From Bacillales bacterium UBA4278 (GTDB lineage Bacteria; Bacillota_I; Bacilli_A; RFN20; CAG-826): a stretch of 64,000 nucleotides of DNA. The DNA is taken from the NCBI GenBank assembly GCA_002395065.1, contig DGVS01000001.1, forward strand, positions 41,841-105,840. The letters run 5' to 3'. The position numbers were made by a program, and so were the translations under genes. Positions 19,146 to 28,658 of this stretch are shown here, piece after piece (the first letter of the stretch is position 1; every line of letters begins with the position of its first letter). The notes under the pieces were generated by a model, which was given only the letters and a program-made list of their open reading frames with translations, was not told the origin of the DNA and searched no databases.

Positions 19146-20578
19146 TTGGAAAGAGCCTTTTTGTAAACCTCGACATATTTCTTTGCTGAAACTGTCCAGG
19201 AACGATCTAATTTCATTGCATTAGCAATAACTTTTTTCATTTTGTCTCGGTCTGCGTAAAGTTGCCATGTTTGTTCAAGCTGTTGGCCTAACGCCATTCC
19301 ATTAAACGGAACGAAACTAAAGCCTGTTGCCTTCTTAGCATTCTTACCATCATAAGGAACAATTGTATCTTTGAGACCTCCGGTCTCACGAACAATTGGA
19401 AGAGAACCATATCGTTGGGCAATCATTTGTCCAATACCACATGGTTCAAATAAAGATGGCATGATAAAGAAGTCACTACCAGCATAGATTTGGTGAGCCA
19501 CTTCGTCGTTGTAACCAATGTAAATTCCAACATTCTTTGGATACTTTGCACGAATCTTTTCTAGACGTGCTTCGATTTCCTTTTCGCCAGAACCTAACAC
19601 TAAAAGTGTTCCGTTGTTCTTCACTAGATAATCGACATTATCAAAGATGAGATCGAAACCTTTTTGGTTAGTTAAGCGCGAGACAACTCCATAAACAGGT
19701 CCACGACGATTGGCTAAACCAAAGCGTTCGAGAACTTGTTTTTTATTAGCGATTTTTTGCTTTGCAAAACCATCAGCATTATAACATTCGGCAATGTATT
19801 TATCATTGCTTGGATCGAATTCCACCACATCGATCCCGTTAAGAATGCCAAAGAAATCTTCTTTACGTAGTTCTAAACAATAGTTTAGACCTTGAGAAGT
19901 ATTGTAAGTCAATAATTCTTCTCGGTGGGTTGGAGAGACTGTTGTTAAAACGTCAGCATAGTAAATCGCTGCTTTTAATGTGGAAACCATGCCTTCAAAA
20001 CGGACATTACCTTTATCGTAAATGTAATCATTTAAACCATAGAAATTATTTAAATAATATTTGTCCATGAAACCTTTGAAGGCTGGGTTATGAATTGTTA
20101 AAACAGTTTTGATGCTTCCAAAGAATGGATCCTCACGGAAACGCTCCTTGATTAAACACGGAATCATGCTGGCTTGCCAGTCATGAACGTGAATAATGTC
20201 TGGATGAACTTTTAATTGTTTTAATGCTTCAAGAGCAGCAAGCGAGAAGAACGCAAATCGTTCTGCGTCATCATAGTGTCCATACAGTTCATCACGATTA
20301 AAGTAGTATTCATTATCTAATAGATAATAACGAATACCATCAATTTTTGTTTGGAAGATACCACAGTATTGTTGTCTCCAACTCATCGCAATGTTAAAAG
20401 AGGAAACAAACTTTGCTTTACATTTTGGGTTATTTTTAATGACCTTGTAGTAAGGCAAAACAATAATGGCTTCTTCGCCAATTTTGTTTAATTCTCTACT
20501 TAATGAATAAGTAACATCGGCAAGACCACCACTTTTACAAAGTGGATTGGCCTCCGAGGTGACCATTACAATCTTCAT
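19142..20578 (-). CDS. glgA: glycogen synthase (ADP-glucose type)
   Basis: N-terminus [22 protein letters not shown] (KxGGL motif), 478 aa. Confidence 0.9.
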   Translation of the reverse strand: MKIVMVTSEANPLCKSGGLADVTYSLSRELNKIGEEAIIVLPYYKVIKNNPKCKAKFVSSFNIAMSWRQQYCGIFQTKIDGIRYYLLDNEYYFNRDELYGHYDDAERFAFFSLAALEALKQLKVHPDIIHVHDWQASMIPCLIKERFREDPFFGSIKTVLTIHNPAFKGFMDKYYLNNFYGLNDYIYDKGNVRFEGMVSTLKAAIYYADVLTTVSPTHREELLTYNTSQGLNYCLELRKEDFFGILNGIDVVEFDPSNDKYIAECYNADGFAKQKIANKKQVLERFGLANRRGPVYGVVSRLTNQKGFDLIFDNVDYLVKNNGTLLVLGSGEKEIEARLEKIRAKYPKNVGIYIGYNDEVAHQIYAGSDFFIMPSLFEPCGIGQMIAQRYGSLPIVRETGGLKDTIVPYDGKNAKKATGFSFVPFNGMALGQQLEQTWQLYADRDKMKKVIANAMKLDRSWTVSAKKYVEVYKKALSK

Positions 20579-21687
20579 TTAATCACCTTTCCTTGGGCAA
20601 CATAAACTGGTTCGTCTTTTGTCCCAATAACATCTTTATAGATTTTGGCGTACTTATCGACCACAGCATATTCAACCTTCACACCTTTGCCAATGACAGC
20701 TTGGGTAAGAATGATTGAGTGATCAATTTTAGCCTTTTCTTCCACGTCTACATAGCGTGAAACAATCGAATTTTTGACACTGCCATCAAGGTGTCCACCA
20801 TTGGCAATGTAGCAGTTTTTGACACTAGCGTGCTCGCCATAATCAGCTGGTGGAGCGCTATGTGTACGAGTATAAATCGGCGCACCCGTATCAAATAATT
20901 TGGTTGCGACCTTATAATCAAGTAGTTCAAATGAATATTCGATAAAGTGTTCAAAGGAATCAATACAACGAACGTATCCTTTATGTTCATAGCCGAACAC
21001 TTTTAGTGATTGAGAAGCAATGATTTTCTCCATTAACATTCTAATGCTTAAAGCATCACGATAATCTTTATGACGAATAATCTTTAAGAAAGCATCTTGA
21101 GACATAATGTATGTTCGCATTGAAACGGCCACATCATCTTTCTTTCCTTTGTTTGGGGCAAAGAAGACGACTTTGTCGTCCTTCACTTCTAAAACGTTGC
21201 TGGACAAGAAAGCTTTGGAACCATCTTTAATTTTGGTATAGACCAAGGTAATGTCAGCGTTCTTTTCTTCGTGGAATTCAAGAACTTTACGATAATCAAT
21301 GACGGAGATAATATGTGCTGGAGCGATGATGACATAGTCAGCATCAGCTTCGAAATAAACCCAGTCGTTTTCACGAATTGCGTTTAAATCAGAATTATAT
21401 TTTGGATCACGAATACCACGTTCGTTCATCAAAATATTTTGACGACCGATCTTGGTATTATTGACCCAAGTTTTTAATGTACCAATGTGCTTGGCCACAC
21501 TTCGATAGTTGTCTTTAACAAGAATATTGATTTCGTCAATATTGGAGTTAGTAAAATTCGATAAGGCAAAATCCATAATCGCATAGCGACCAAGGAAAGA
21601 AGTTGATCCGAGGGTACGTTTCTTAGTTAATTCACCAAGAGACGGTGAATCATATAGATTCAATAAACCTAAAACTTTGTGTCCCAT
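20575..21687 (-). CDS. glgD: glucose-1-phosphate adenylyltransferase regulatory subunit GlgD
   Basis: Nucleotidyltransferase fold plus left-handed beta-helix. It lacks the GGxGxRL motif of GlgC and sits between glgC and glgA. Confidence 0.85.
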   Translation of the reverse strand: MGHKVLGLLNLYDSPSLGELTKKRTLGSTSFLGRYAIMDFALSNFTNSNIDEINILVKDNYRSVAKHIGTLKTWVNNTKIGRQNILMNERGIRDPKYNSDLNAIRENDWVYFEADADYVIIAPAHIISVIDYRKVLEFHEEKNADITLVYTKIKDGSKAFLSSNVLEVKDDKVVFFAPNKGKKDDVAVSMRTYIMSQDAFLKIIRHKDYRDALSIRMLMEKIIASQSLKVFGYEHKGYVRCIDSFEHFIEYSFELLDYKVATKLFDTGAPIYTRTHSAPPADYGEHASVKNCYIANGGHLDGSVKNSIVSRYVDVEEKAKIDHSIILTQAVIGKGVKVEYAVVDKYAKIYKDVIGTKDEPVYVAQGKVIK

Positions 21688-21689
21688 CG

Positions 21690-22817
21690 TTATTTCTCCT
21701 CTCCAGCGTAAAGCTTAATGTGTTTTTGATCACCTTGGATTTTAACGCCTTTTTTGATTTCGACGTCAGGTGCAATCACAGCATAGGAAAGTTCGGCTCC
21801 TTCGTGAATTGTAACGTTACCCATTACAACACAGTGGTCAACCTTAGCACCTTTTTCAACAACAACTTGTCGTGAAACGACAGAGTGTTTAACTTCACCG
21901 TGGATTACGGTACCTTGATCAATTAAGGAATCTTCCACCACAGCTTTTGAACCGATGTATTGTGGATGACATGGTTGATCCTCGGTATAGATTTTTAAAC
22001 CATTAAAGATTTCCGTGAGGTTAGTTTCTTTTGTTCCATCAAGAAGATCCATGTTAGCTTCATGAAGGGAAGCAATTGTACCAACATCTTTCCAATATCC
22101 ACGATACTTATAGGCAAATAAACGAGCACCGCTATTTAACAACATTGGGATAACGTCTTTACCAAAGTCATGGGAACTTTCTTTGTTTTTAGCATCTTTA
22201 ATGAGGGCTTCACGAAGAACAGAATACTTGAATAAGTAAATGCCCATACTAGCAAGGTTACTGGTTGGATGAGCTGGCTTTTCGTGGAACTCAACAATAC
22301 GGTTGTTTTTATCTGCAACTAAAATACCAAATCGAGACGCTTCTTCGATTGGTACTTCATAGACACCGATTGTGCAATCAGCGTTATTTTCAACCGTTTC
22401 TTCTAGCATCTCATCAAATGACGTGGAGTAAATGTGGTCTCCAGAAAGGATGAGAATGTAATCAGGATCAGTCGAATCCATAAATTCAATGTTGGCATAG
22501 ATGGCATCAGCGGTTCCTTTGTACCAGGATAAACCTTCATCAGTTTGTCTTGGAGCAAGGGTTGTTGTTAAGGAACGCACGCCATTAAGTCCCCATTTTT
22601 CTCCATTTCCAATATATTGGTCGAGATAAACTGATTCGTATTGGGTCAACACTCCAACTGTTGTAATGTGTGAATTGGCACAGTTACTTAGTGGAAAATC
22701 GATGATTCGATATTTCGCACCAAATGTCACAGCTGGTTTCGCATTTTTCTTTGTTAAGGCTTGTAGTCGGCTCCCTTTTCCACCGGCTAGAATCATTGCG
22801 ACAACTTTTTTTGACAT
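21690..22817 (-). CDS. glgC: glucose-1-phosphate adenylyltransferase
   Basis: ILAGGKGSRL motif, 375 aa, SD AAAGGAG. Confidence 0.9.
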   Translation of the reverse strand: MSKKVVAMILAGGKGSRLQALTKKNAKPAVTFGAKYRIIDFPLSNCANSHITTVGVLTQYESVYLDQYIGNGEKWGLNGVRSLTTTLAPRQTDEGLSWYKGTADAIYANIEFMDSTDPDYILILSGDHIYSTSFDEMLEETVENNADCTIGVYEVPIEEASRFGILVADKNNRIVEFHEKPAHPTSNLASMGIYLFKYSVLREALIKDAKNKESSHDFGKDVIPMLLNSGARLFAYKYRGYWKDVGTIASLHEANMDLLDGTKETNLTEIFNGLKIYTEDQPCHPQYIGSKAVVEDSLIDQGTVIHGEVKHSVVSRQVVVEKGAKVDHCVVMGNVTIHEGAELSYAVIAPDVEIKKGVKIQGDQKHIKLYAGEEK

Positions 22818-23010
22818 TGCTAACTCCTTTGAATAAAAAGCGAAATTTATAATTTCTGTGAGTATTGTAGCACATTAGGTAATTTATGCATTAAGATTAA
22901 TATTTTTCCTATCAATTTATTGATGAAAAAATGTTAGAGTTTTACGAAAAATATATCAGTTTTACAGGTTATTTTTGTCTTCAAAATTGACATTTGATAA
23001 AATAGAAAAT

Positions 23011-23484
23011 ATGTCGAAGAAAAACAAAGACTTAATCGTTCGTTTATCGAACACAAAATTGATCCTTCTTTACGTTGGAACTTTTGTCGTTTTTGAGGCG
23101 ATTTTTTTCTTCTCATTTACTATTGGAAATCTTCTCCAGAATGGTCAACTTGACATTCCATTTTTTATTTACACACCATTTCTAATGGTGCTTGCAGTTA
23201 TTTTGTGTATTATTTCAATCAAAAACACATACTACATTTTGAATGATTCTCGCATCATTCATGTACGTCTTGGGAAAGAGGTTTCTTACGAGTGGTCGCA
23301 CATTGTTTATATCAATGAAGAATGGAGTCAAAAGCACAAGACTCTCGACTTCTTCTTAGAGAGTGGAAAAGAATGCTTCCTTGCCTTTGACAAAGATGGC
23401 AAACTTTATGAGTATGCTTTACGAAACTGCCGATTGCTTGAGCAAGAAGAATTTCTGAGACGTTATACAAAAAATAAACTTTAG
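23011..23484 (+). CDS. membrane protein with two N-terminal TM helices and a bacterial PH-like (YdbS/YdbT-type) domain
   Basis: Topology and the YYILNDSRIIHV.. beta-rich C-terminal part fit this type. ATG 23011 is preferred over ORF-track TTG 22975 because TGaTAAAAT lies at 22995-23003. Confidence 0.5.
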   Translation: MSKKNKDLIVRLSNTKLILLYVGTFVVFEAIFFFSFTIGNLLQNGQLDIPFFIYTPFLMVLAVILCIISIKNTYYILNDSRIIHVRLGKEVSYEWSHIVYINEEWSQKHKTLDFFLESGKECFLAFDKDGKLYEYALRNCRLLEQEEFLRRYTKNKL

Positions 23485-23485
23485 T

Positions 23486-23514
23486 TTGAAAACACTAAAG
23501 TACTTTGATAAAAT
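23486..23514 (+). promoter_or_regulatory. rpmB promoter
   Basis: TTGAAA, 17-nt spacer, TAAAAT, with a TG extension. Confidence 0.65.
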
Positions 23515-23551
23515 AGCACTTGCTTTTCGATAGATAAGAGAGGTAAAAACG

Positions 23552-23740
23552 ATGTCAAGAGTTTGTCAAATTACAGGTGTCGGACGTAGATCCGGTAACA
23601 ATCGTTCCCACAGTAACATTGCTACCCGTCGTGTCTGGAACGCTAACTTACAAAAATACAAAGTAAACATTAATGGAAAGATGGTCACTGTCCGTATGAC
23701 AGCTAGAGCCCATCGTGCCTTAGTGAAGAACGCTAAATAA
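23552..23740 (+). CDS. rpmB: ribosomal protein L28
   Basis: MSRVCQITGVGRRSGNNRSHSN.., 62 aa. Confidence 0.95.
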   Translation: MSRVCQITGVGRRSGNNRSHSNIATRRVWNANLQKYKVNINGKMVTVRMTARAHRALVKNAK

Positions 23741-23762
23741 TTTATTATTTAAGCAATAGAAA

Positions 23763-23787
23763 AAACCGTCATGAAGACGGTTTTTTT
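23763..23787. terminator. bidirectional terminator
   Basis: AAACCGTC-atgaa-GACGGTTT followed by TTTT. Confidence 0.8.
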
Positions 23788-23799
23788 CGTTCTTTACTT

Positions 23800-24492
23800 T
23801 TATCTAATTAGAGAAACTAGAAAGACAATTTCTCCAAGAACATTAATCAAAATAATCAGCCATTCAGAGAAGGCAAGTGGGAAGATTTTTGGTCGAGAGT
23901 AAACGACTTCTTCGCCATTTTGTGATTTAACAAGTTGAGCCCAATTTTTCAGTTTTGGGTTAAGCGTAATAACTAATGTTGCAATGGCTAATAAACCAGC
24001 AACAATGGCCATCGATAAAGCAAGTGGACTTCCTTTATCAAACTTGTTCCAAGTTGTATAAGTAAGGATGGCATATAACGTTGTTAGAGCGTTCACAAGG
24101 AACGATCCAGCCATAAAACCAGTGGATAATTTTGTATGTGTATTCGTAAAACGAATATTAAACAAGAAAATTGAAACCATAACGATTCCTTCAATTCCGA
24201 AAAGGAAGGAAACAATCATCGCGATTGCACCTAGTCCACCAAATTCATCTAATAATGGGAGGACGACAAAAACTGGTGCGAAGCAAAGACCACTAAAAAC
24301 ATAAAGGAGAGTGCGATAAGCATTTGATCCAGGAATCTTATCTTTAATCAATTCACATGGAAAAAGTCTCATAAATGAGCGGTTTTCTTCTTCGACATGT
24401 CGCATTCTTAAAATTGAAAGAACTGCTAGAGCAGCAAACACTCCAACAAAAGCAACTAGAAAAACAATCCAAACAAGATTAATTGAAATCAT
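23800..24492 (-). CDS. polytopic membrane protein of unknown function (about 6 TM)
   Basis: Hydrophobic profile only. It is the last gene of the gmk..rpe string. Confidence 0.5.
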   Translation of the reverse strand: MISINLVWIVFLVAFVGVFAALAVLSILRMRHVEEENRSFMRLFPCELIKDKIPGSNAYRTLLYVFSGLCFAPVFVVLPLLDEFGGLGAIAMIVSFLFGIEGIVMVSIFLFNIRFTNTHTKLSTGFMAGSFLVNALTTLYAILTYTTWNKFDKGSPLALSMAIVAGLLAIATLVITLNPKLKNWAQLVKSQNGEEVVYSRPKIFPLAFSEWLIILINVLGEIVFLVSLIR

Positions 24493-25148
24493 CGAAGGGA
24501 CTCCATTCTTTCTTTGACATCATCGTGTCCATAAATGTATGAACCTGCAACCAAAATATCGGCACCTGCCTTTCGGCATTTTGCTCCTGTTTCAGCATTA
24601 ATTCCACCATCAACTTCGATTAAACAATTGAGGTTATGCTTATCAATATATTTTCGCAGTTTTTTGATTTTCTTTAATGCGCTTGGAATAAATGCCTGTC
24701 CTCCTTTTCCTGGTTCAACAGACATGACTAAAACGAGGTCAACTTTATCAAGCCAAGGAAAGCAAGTTTTCACATTTGTAGCTGGTTTAATTGAGATACC
24801 AGCTTTACAGTTTTTAGCATGTAAGTCATTAATGACTTTAGCAGTACATTTCGGACAAAAATCAACGGCTTCCAAGTGGAATGTAACTAAATCAGCTCCA
24901 GCATCAGCAAAGATTGGCGCCCACTTCTTTGGGTCTTGAACCATGATATGAACATCATTCACCATCTTATGGCATTTTGCATATTCTTGAACTTGCTCAG
25001 GAGTGTAGGATTTGTTTGGAACGAAAATACCATCCATTACATCCCAGTGAATCCATTCAGCACCGAGTTTTTCAACCTTCAAAATTTCGTTTTTGAGATC
25101 ATTTTTATCAGCAGATAATAGACTTGGAGCAATATAGTTTTTCATCAT
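24489..25148 (-). CDS. rpe: ribulose-phosphate 3-epimerase
   Basis: IAPSLLSAD, HWDVMDG and MSVEPGKGGQ motifs. Confidence 0.9.
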   Translation of the reverse strand: MMKNYIAPSLLSADKNDLKNEILKVEKLGAEWIHWDVMDGIFVPNKSYTPEQVQEYAKCHKMVNDVHIMVQDPKKWAPIFADAGADLVTFHLEAVDFCPKCTAKVINDLHAKNCKAGISIKPATNVKTCFPWLDKVDLVLVMSVEPGKGGQAFIPSALKKIKKLRKYIDKHNLNCLIEVDGGINAETGAKCRKAGADILVAGSYIYGHDDVKERMESLR

Positions 25149-26008
25149 TTATACCTCTCTTGTCGATATTCGAGTTCGTTCAGTAATTTCTTATAAATTT
25201 CGTGAGCTTCTTTCGAAAGTTTTCCCTTTTCAATTTCTTCTTTAATTTTACATTGTTTTTCGTTTTGGTGCAGGCAATTCGAAAAATAACACTGAGTGTA
25301 ATATTTTTCATAGCCAGGAAAATACTGCGCTAAATCTTCTTTATAAATCATTAAATCAAGCGAGGAAAATCCTGGAGTATCCGCTAAAAACGAATTCTCA
25401 TATGGAAGCAAAATTACTTCTTTTGTCTGGTGTTTTCCTCTTCCTAATGCATTTGAATATTCACCGATTTTACGGTTAAAAGCTGGATCAATTGCATTTA
25501 TTAGACTAGATTTACCAACTCCGGTTTGACCCATGAATAAAACAACCTTTCCTTTAACTAAGCGACGAACTGCTTCTTTAGAAGACTCGTCGTCTTTTGA
25601 AACAAAGAAAGTTTCTATTCCAATCTTTGCTAGGTCAGATTTAATTCTTTCAATTGTTGAACAATCTCTTAACGCGTCAACTTTTGTAAAGACAACTTTT
25701 GCTTCAATATTATGCATTAAAACATAGGTCAAAAATTTATAGACCAGTTCTTCGCTTAATTCAGGTTCAACAACGCTCATTGTAACCAAGACCAAATCAA
25801 TGTTGGCGCATTTTGGACGAATAAGTTCGTTTTTTCGTTCAAGAATCTGATTAATCACAAAGTGTTCATCATCAAAATCAACATTATCACCAACGCAAAG
25901 ATGCTCGTGGCGATATTTAAAAATTCCTTTTGCAAAAACATCATACCTTACGCCATTTGCATAGATACGATAAACGCCACCACATGTTGAAACAATCTTT
26001 CCAATCAT
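25145..26008 (-). CDS. rsgA: ribosome small-subunit-dependent GTPase A
   Basis: Circularly permuted GTPase with TKVD then GQTGVGKSSLINA, and a C-terminal Zn-knuckle C..C..H..C. Confidence 0.9.
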   Translation of the reverse strand: MIGKIVSTCGGVYRIYANGVRYDVFAKGIFKYRHEHLCVGDNVDFDDEHFVINQILERKNELIRPKCANIDLVLVTMSVVEPELSEELVYKFLTYVLMHNIEAKVVFTKVDALRDCSTIERIKSDLAKIGIETFFVSKDDESSKEAVRRLVKGKVVLFMGQTGVGKSSLINAIDPAFNRKIGEYSNALGRGKHQTKEVILLPYENSFLADTPGFSSLDLMIYKEDLAQYFPGYEKYYTQCYFSNCLHQNEKQCKIKEEIEKGKLSKEAHEIYKKLLNELEYRQERYK

Positions 26009-26880
26009 TATTTGAATCCGAATATTTTTTGGAAGATATTTCGACGAACTTTAAGATTATCTTTGTTCGCCATTGCAGTAGCAATATCATCCATCATTTC
26101 CTTTGCTGTTTGATAGCGATCCTGTGGTTTTTTAGCACATGCTTTTTGAATAATCTTGTCAAAAACACCAGCAATTTCCGGTTGGAATTTCGATAAGTGT
26201 GGGAAATTGCGTTTTACGTGAGCGGCAGCAATGTCCTTTGTTGAGCCATCCTCAAATGGCAAATGTCCAGTTAAGAGTTGGTAGTAAGTAACACCACATG
26301 AATAAATATCCGATTGAGCTGAAGCGGATTCACCGCTACAAACTTCTGGGGCAAGATAATAGACCGAACCAAAGACTCCTTGGTATGGTCCTTCTTCATC
26401 AATATTTTGGGCAATACCAAAATCAGCAAGTTTCACAGTTCCGTTTGCCAAATAGAAAATATTCTGTGGCTTGATATCGCGATGAATAATTCCTTTATTG
26501 TGAATATAATTCACTGCGTCAAGGAGTTGCAGCATAATTTCAGAAGCTTCTTTAACAGAATAAGTTGTCTGGAAATCAAGTCGATCAAACAAAGTTTGAC
26601 TCTTAACATATTCGAACACTAAATATGAACAGCCATTAACTTGTCCTTGGTTATAAACACGGACAATATTTGGATGATTAAACGAAGCGCAAGCTTCTGC
26701 TTCGTGTTCAAAACGAGCCACGCTCTTTGGATCATTGACAAGTTCTTCCTTGATGATTTTCACCGCAACAGTTTCTTTCTTAATGAAATCTGTGGCGGAG
26801 TAAACCTCTGCAGTACCACCGGTTCCGATACGACCTGTAATTCGATATCTATTTGAGAGAACATCACCAATCTTAATCAT
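26008..26880 (-). CDS. prkC: Hanks-type Ser/Thr protein kinase, catalytic domain only (no TM, no PASTA)
   Basis: GTGGTAEVY..VAVK, HRDIKPQN, DFGIA and APE motifs. Likely start is MIKIGD at 26880 (ATGATTAA overlap with the prpC stop). The protein ends about 20 aa after the kinase domain. Confidence 0.85.
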   Translation of the reverse strand: MIKIGDVLSNRYRITGRIGTGGTAEVYSATDFIKKETVAVKIIKEELVNDPKSVARFEHEAEACASFNHPNIVRVYNQGQVNGCSYLVFEYVKSQTLFDRLDFQTTYSVKEASEIMLQLLDAVNYIHNKGIIHRDIKPQNIFYLANGTVKLADFGIAQNIDEEGPYQGVFGSVYYLAPEVCSGESASAQSDIYSCGVTYYQLLTGHLPFEDGSTKDIAAAHVKRNFPHLSKFQPEIAGVFDKIIQKACAKKPQDRYQTAKEMMDDIATAMANKDNLKVRRNIFQKIFGFK

Positions 26881-27625
26881 TTTTAATTTTCTCCCATAAT
26901 GAAATTGCCATATTGTCTGATCCACCATTAGAATTGGCAACAGCAATTAGCGTATCAACTTTTTGTTCAAGTCTTTCTTTTGTTAATAAAATATCCGCAA
27001 TTTGATGGTCATTCATATTGTTATAAACACCATCTGAGCAAAGGAAGATTGAATCAAAATCATTTTTTAAAATAACAAGTGAGTATGAAATTGTTGGATA
27101 AATGCCTAAAGCATTCATTAGTTTATGTCTATCACTAGATATCGACATTTCTTCTTTCTTAATTTGACCTGTTTTATATAGATAATCAACATAGCTTTGG
27201 TCTTCGCTTAGTTGAGTAAAGACACCATTTTTTAGTCCATAGGCTCTTGAATCACCGGCATAGGCGATGTAGACCCTCGATTTATGTAATAACGCAAGAA
27301 CAATCGTGCTACCCATATCTTGATAAATCTTGTTTTTTTCTGCAGTCGAGTAAATCTCGTGATTCATCATTTTTAAAACCCGTGAAAGGAAGATTCGAAT
27401 TGAAAAATAACCGTAAAATTTCGGTTTTTTTCTAAATTCGTCGGCCAAAATGTTTAAGGCAAGTTGCGAAGCATAGTCACCTTTATTATGGCCACCAAGA
27501 CCATCGCAAACAGCAAGCAAAACATCTCCTTCTGGATTGACCATTGAAAGAGCTCGGTCCTCATTAACAACACGAACTTTGCCAATATCAATTTGAGAAA
27601 TAAACTGTCCCTTAATGTGTTTCAT
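26873..27625 (-). CDS. prpC: PP2C-family Ser/Thr phosphatase
   Basis: NEDRA, CDGLGGH and SDNMA(I) motifs. Likely start is MKHIKG at 27625. Confidence 0.85.
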   Translation of the reverse strand: MKHIKGQFISQIDIGKVRVVNEDRALSMVNPEGDVLLAVCDGLGGHNKGDYASQLALNILADEFRKKPKFYGYFSIRIFLSRVLKMMNHEIYSTAEKNKIYQDMGSTIVLALLHKSRVYIAYAGDSRAYGLKNGVFTQLSEDQSYVDYLYKTGQIKKEEMSISSDRHKLMNALGIYPTISYSLVILKNDFDSIFLCSDGVYNNMNDHQIADILLTKERLEQKVDTLIAVANSNGGSDNMAISLWEKIKND

Positions 27626-28658
27626 GCTGCTCCTTTGCACGTAGTTGACCACACGCAGCATCAATATCATTTCCGAATTCTTTGCGAACTGTCGTTGTGA
27701 TTCCGTGCTGCATTAAATATGAGAAGAATCGATGAACGTTTTCCTCATCACTTCTTTTAAAAGAATTTTCATCAACCGGGTTATATGGAATGAGATTTAC
27801 GTAGGCTTTTGTTCCACGAATTAGCTTAACTAATTGACGAGCACATTCAATGGTGTCATTCACATCCTTTAACATGATGTATTCAAAAGTGACACGGCGG
27901 TCAGCTTCTTTTTCATAATACTTCACCGCTTCCATTAATTTATCCAAAGGATAAGCTTTTGAAATGGGCATTAATCTGTTACGAATTTCATCATTTGGAG
28001 CGTGAAGAGAGATGGCCAGATTAGTCTGCATTCCTTCATGAGCATATCGCATAATACCTGGAACAAGTCCGCAAGTGCTCACAGTGATATGGCGTGCACC
28101 AATCGCAAAAGCTTTTGGATGATTAATGATGCGAATAAAATCTAAAACATTTTCATAGTTATCAAAAGGCTCACCTGTTCCCATGACAACAACATGGCTC
28201 ACACGTTCGCCTTTTTCTTTAAGTAGTTGATTCATGACATAAACTTGACCAACAATTTCATGTGTTTCTAGATTTCTTTGCTTTTTAAGCAAGCCGGATG
28301 CACAAAAGGCACAAGCCATATTGCATCCAACTTGGGAAGAAACACAAATCGCATTTCCGTATCGATATGGCATTAAAGCCGTTTCGACTTTTGCGCCATC
28401 TTCCAGTTCAAGTAAGAGCTTGATTGTTCCATCCTTAGACTCCTGCTTTTTATAAATCTTTGGAAGCGAAAGAGCAAAATCACGATTCAGTTCTTCTCGA
28501 AAACGGAGTGAAATATCACTCATATCATCAAAAGACAAGGTCTCTTTTTCATAAATCCATGTGTAAAGTTGTGTAGCACGGAATTTCTTTTGACCGCGCT
28601 CGATCATCATTTGTTCTAATTTAGAGATTTCACATCCAAGTAAGTTAATCTTCGACAT
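27612..28658 (-). CDS. rlmN: 23S rRNA/tRNA adenine-C2 methyltransferase RlmN (radical SAM)
   Basis: CNMACAFCASG cluster motif and a C-terminal conserved Cys (DIDAACGQL). Confidence 0.9.
   Translation of the reverse strand: MSKINLLGCEISKLEQMMIERGQKKFRATQLYTWIYEKETLSFDDMSDISLRFREELNRDFALSLPKIYKKQESKDGTIKLLLELEDGAKVETALMPYRYGNAICVSSQVGCNMACAFCASGLLKKQRNLETHEIVGQVYVMNQLLKEKGERVSHVVVMGTGEPFDNYENVLDFIRIINHPKAFAIGARHITVSTCGLVPGIMRYAHEGMQTNLAISLHAPNDEIRNRLMPISKAYPLDKLMEAVKYYEKEADRRVTFEYIMLKDVNDTIECARQLVKLIRGTKAYVNLIPYNPVDENSFKRSDEENVHRFFSYLMQHGITTTVRKEFGNDIDAACGQLRAKEQHETH

Noticed and set aside
24535-24939. Long antisense ORFs inside well-supported genes: 24535-24939, 35160-35531, 40651-41037, 42707-43033, 45159-45530, 47408-47779, and many of 60-90 aa.
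   Set aside because: They lie entirely opposite strongly conserved CDSs (rpe, atpD, pfp, kinase-like gene, glpK, yigZ). Their compositions are low-complexity or Ser/Leu/Arg-rich, and they have no RBS or promoter. These are typical shadow ORFs.
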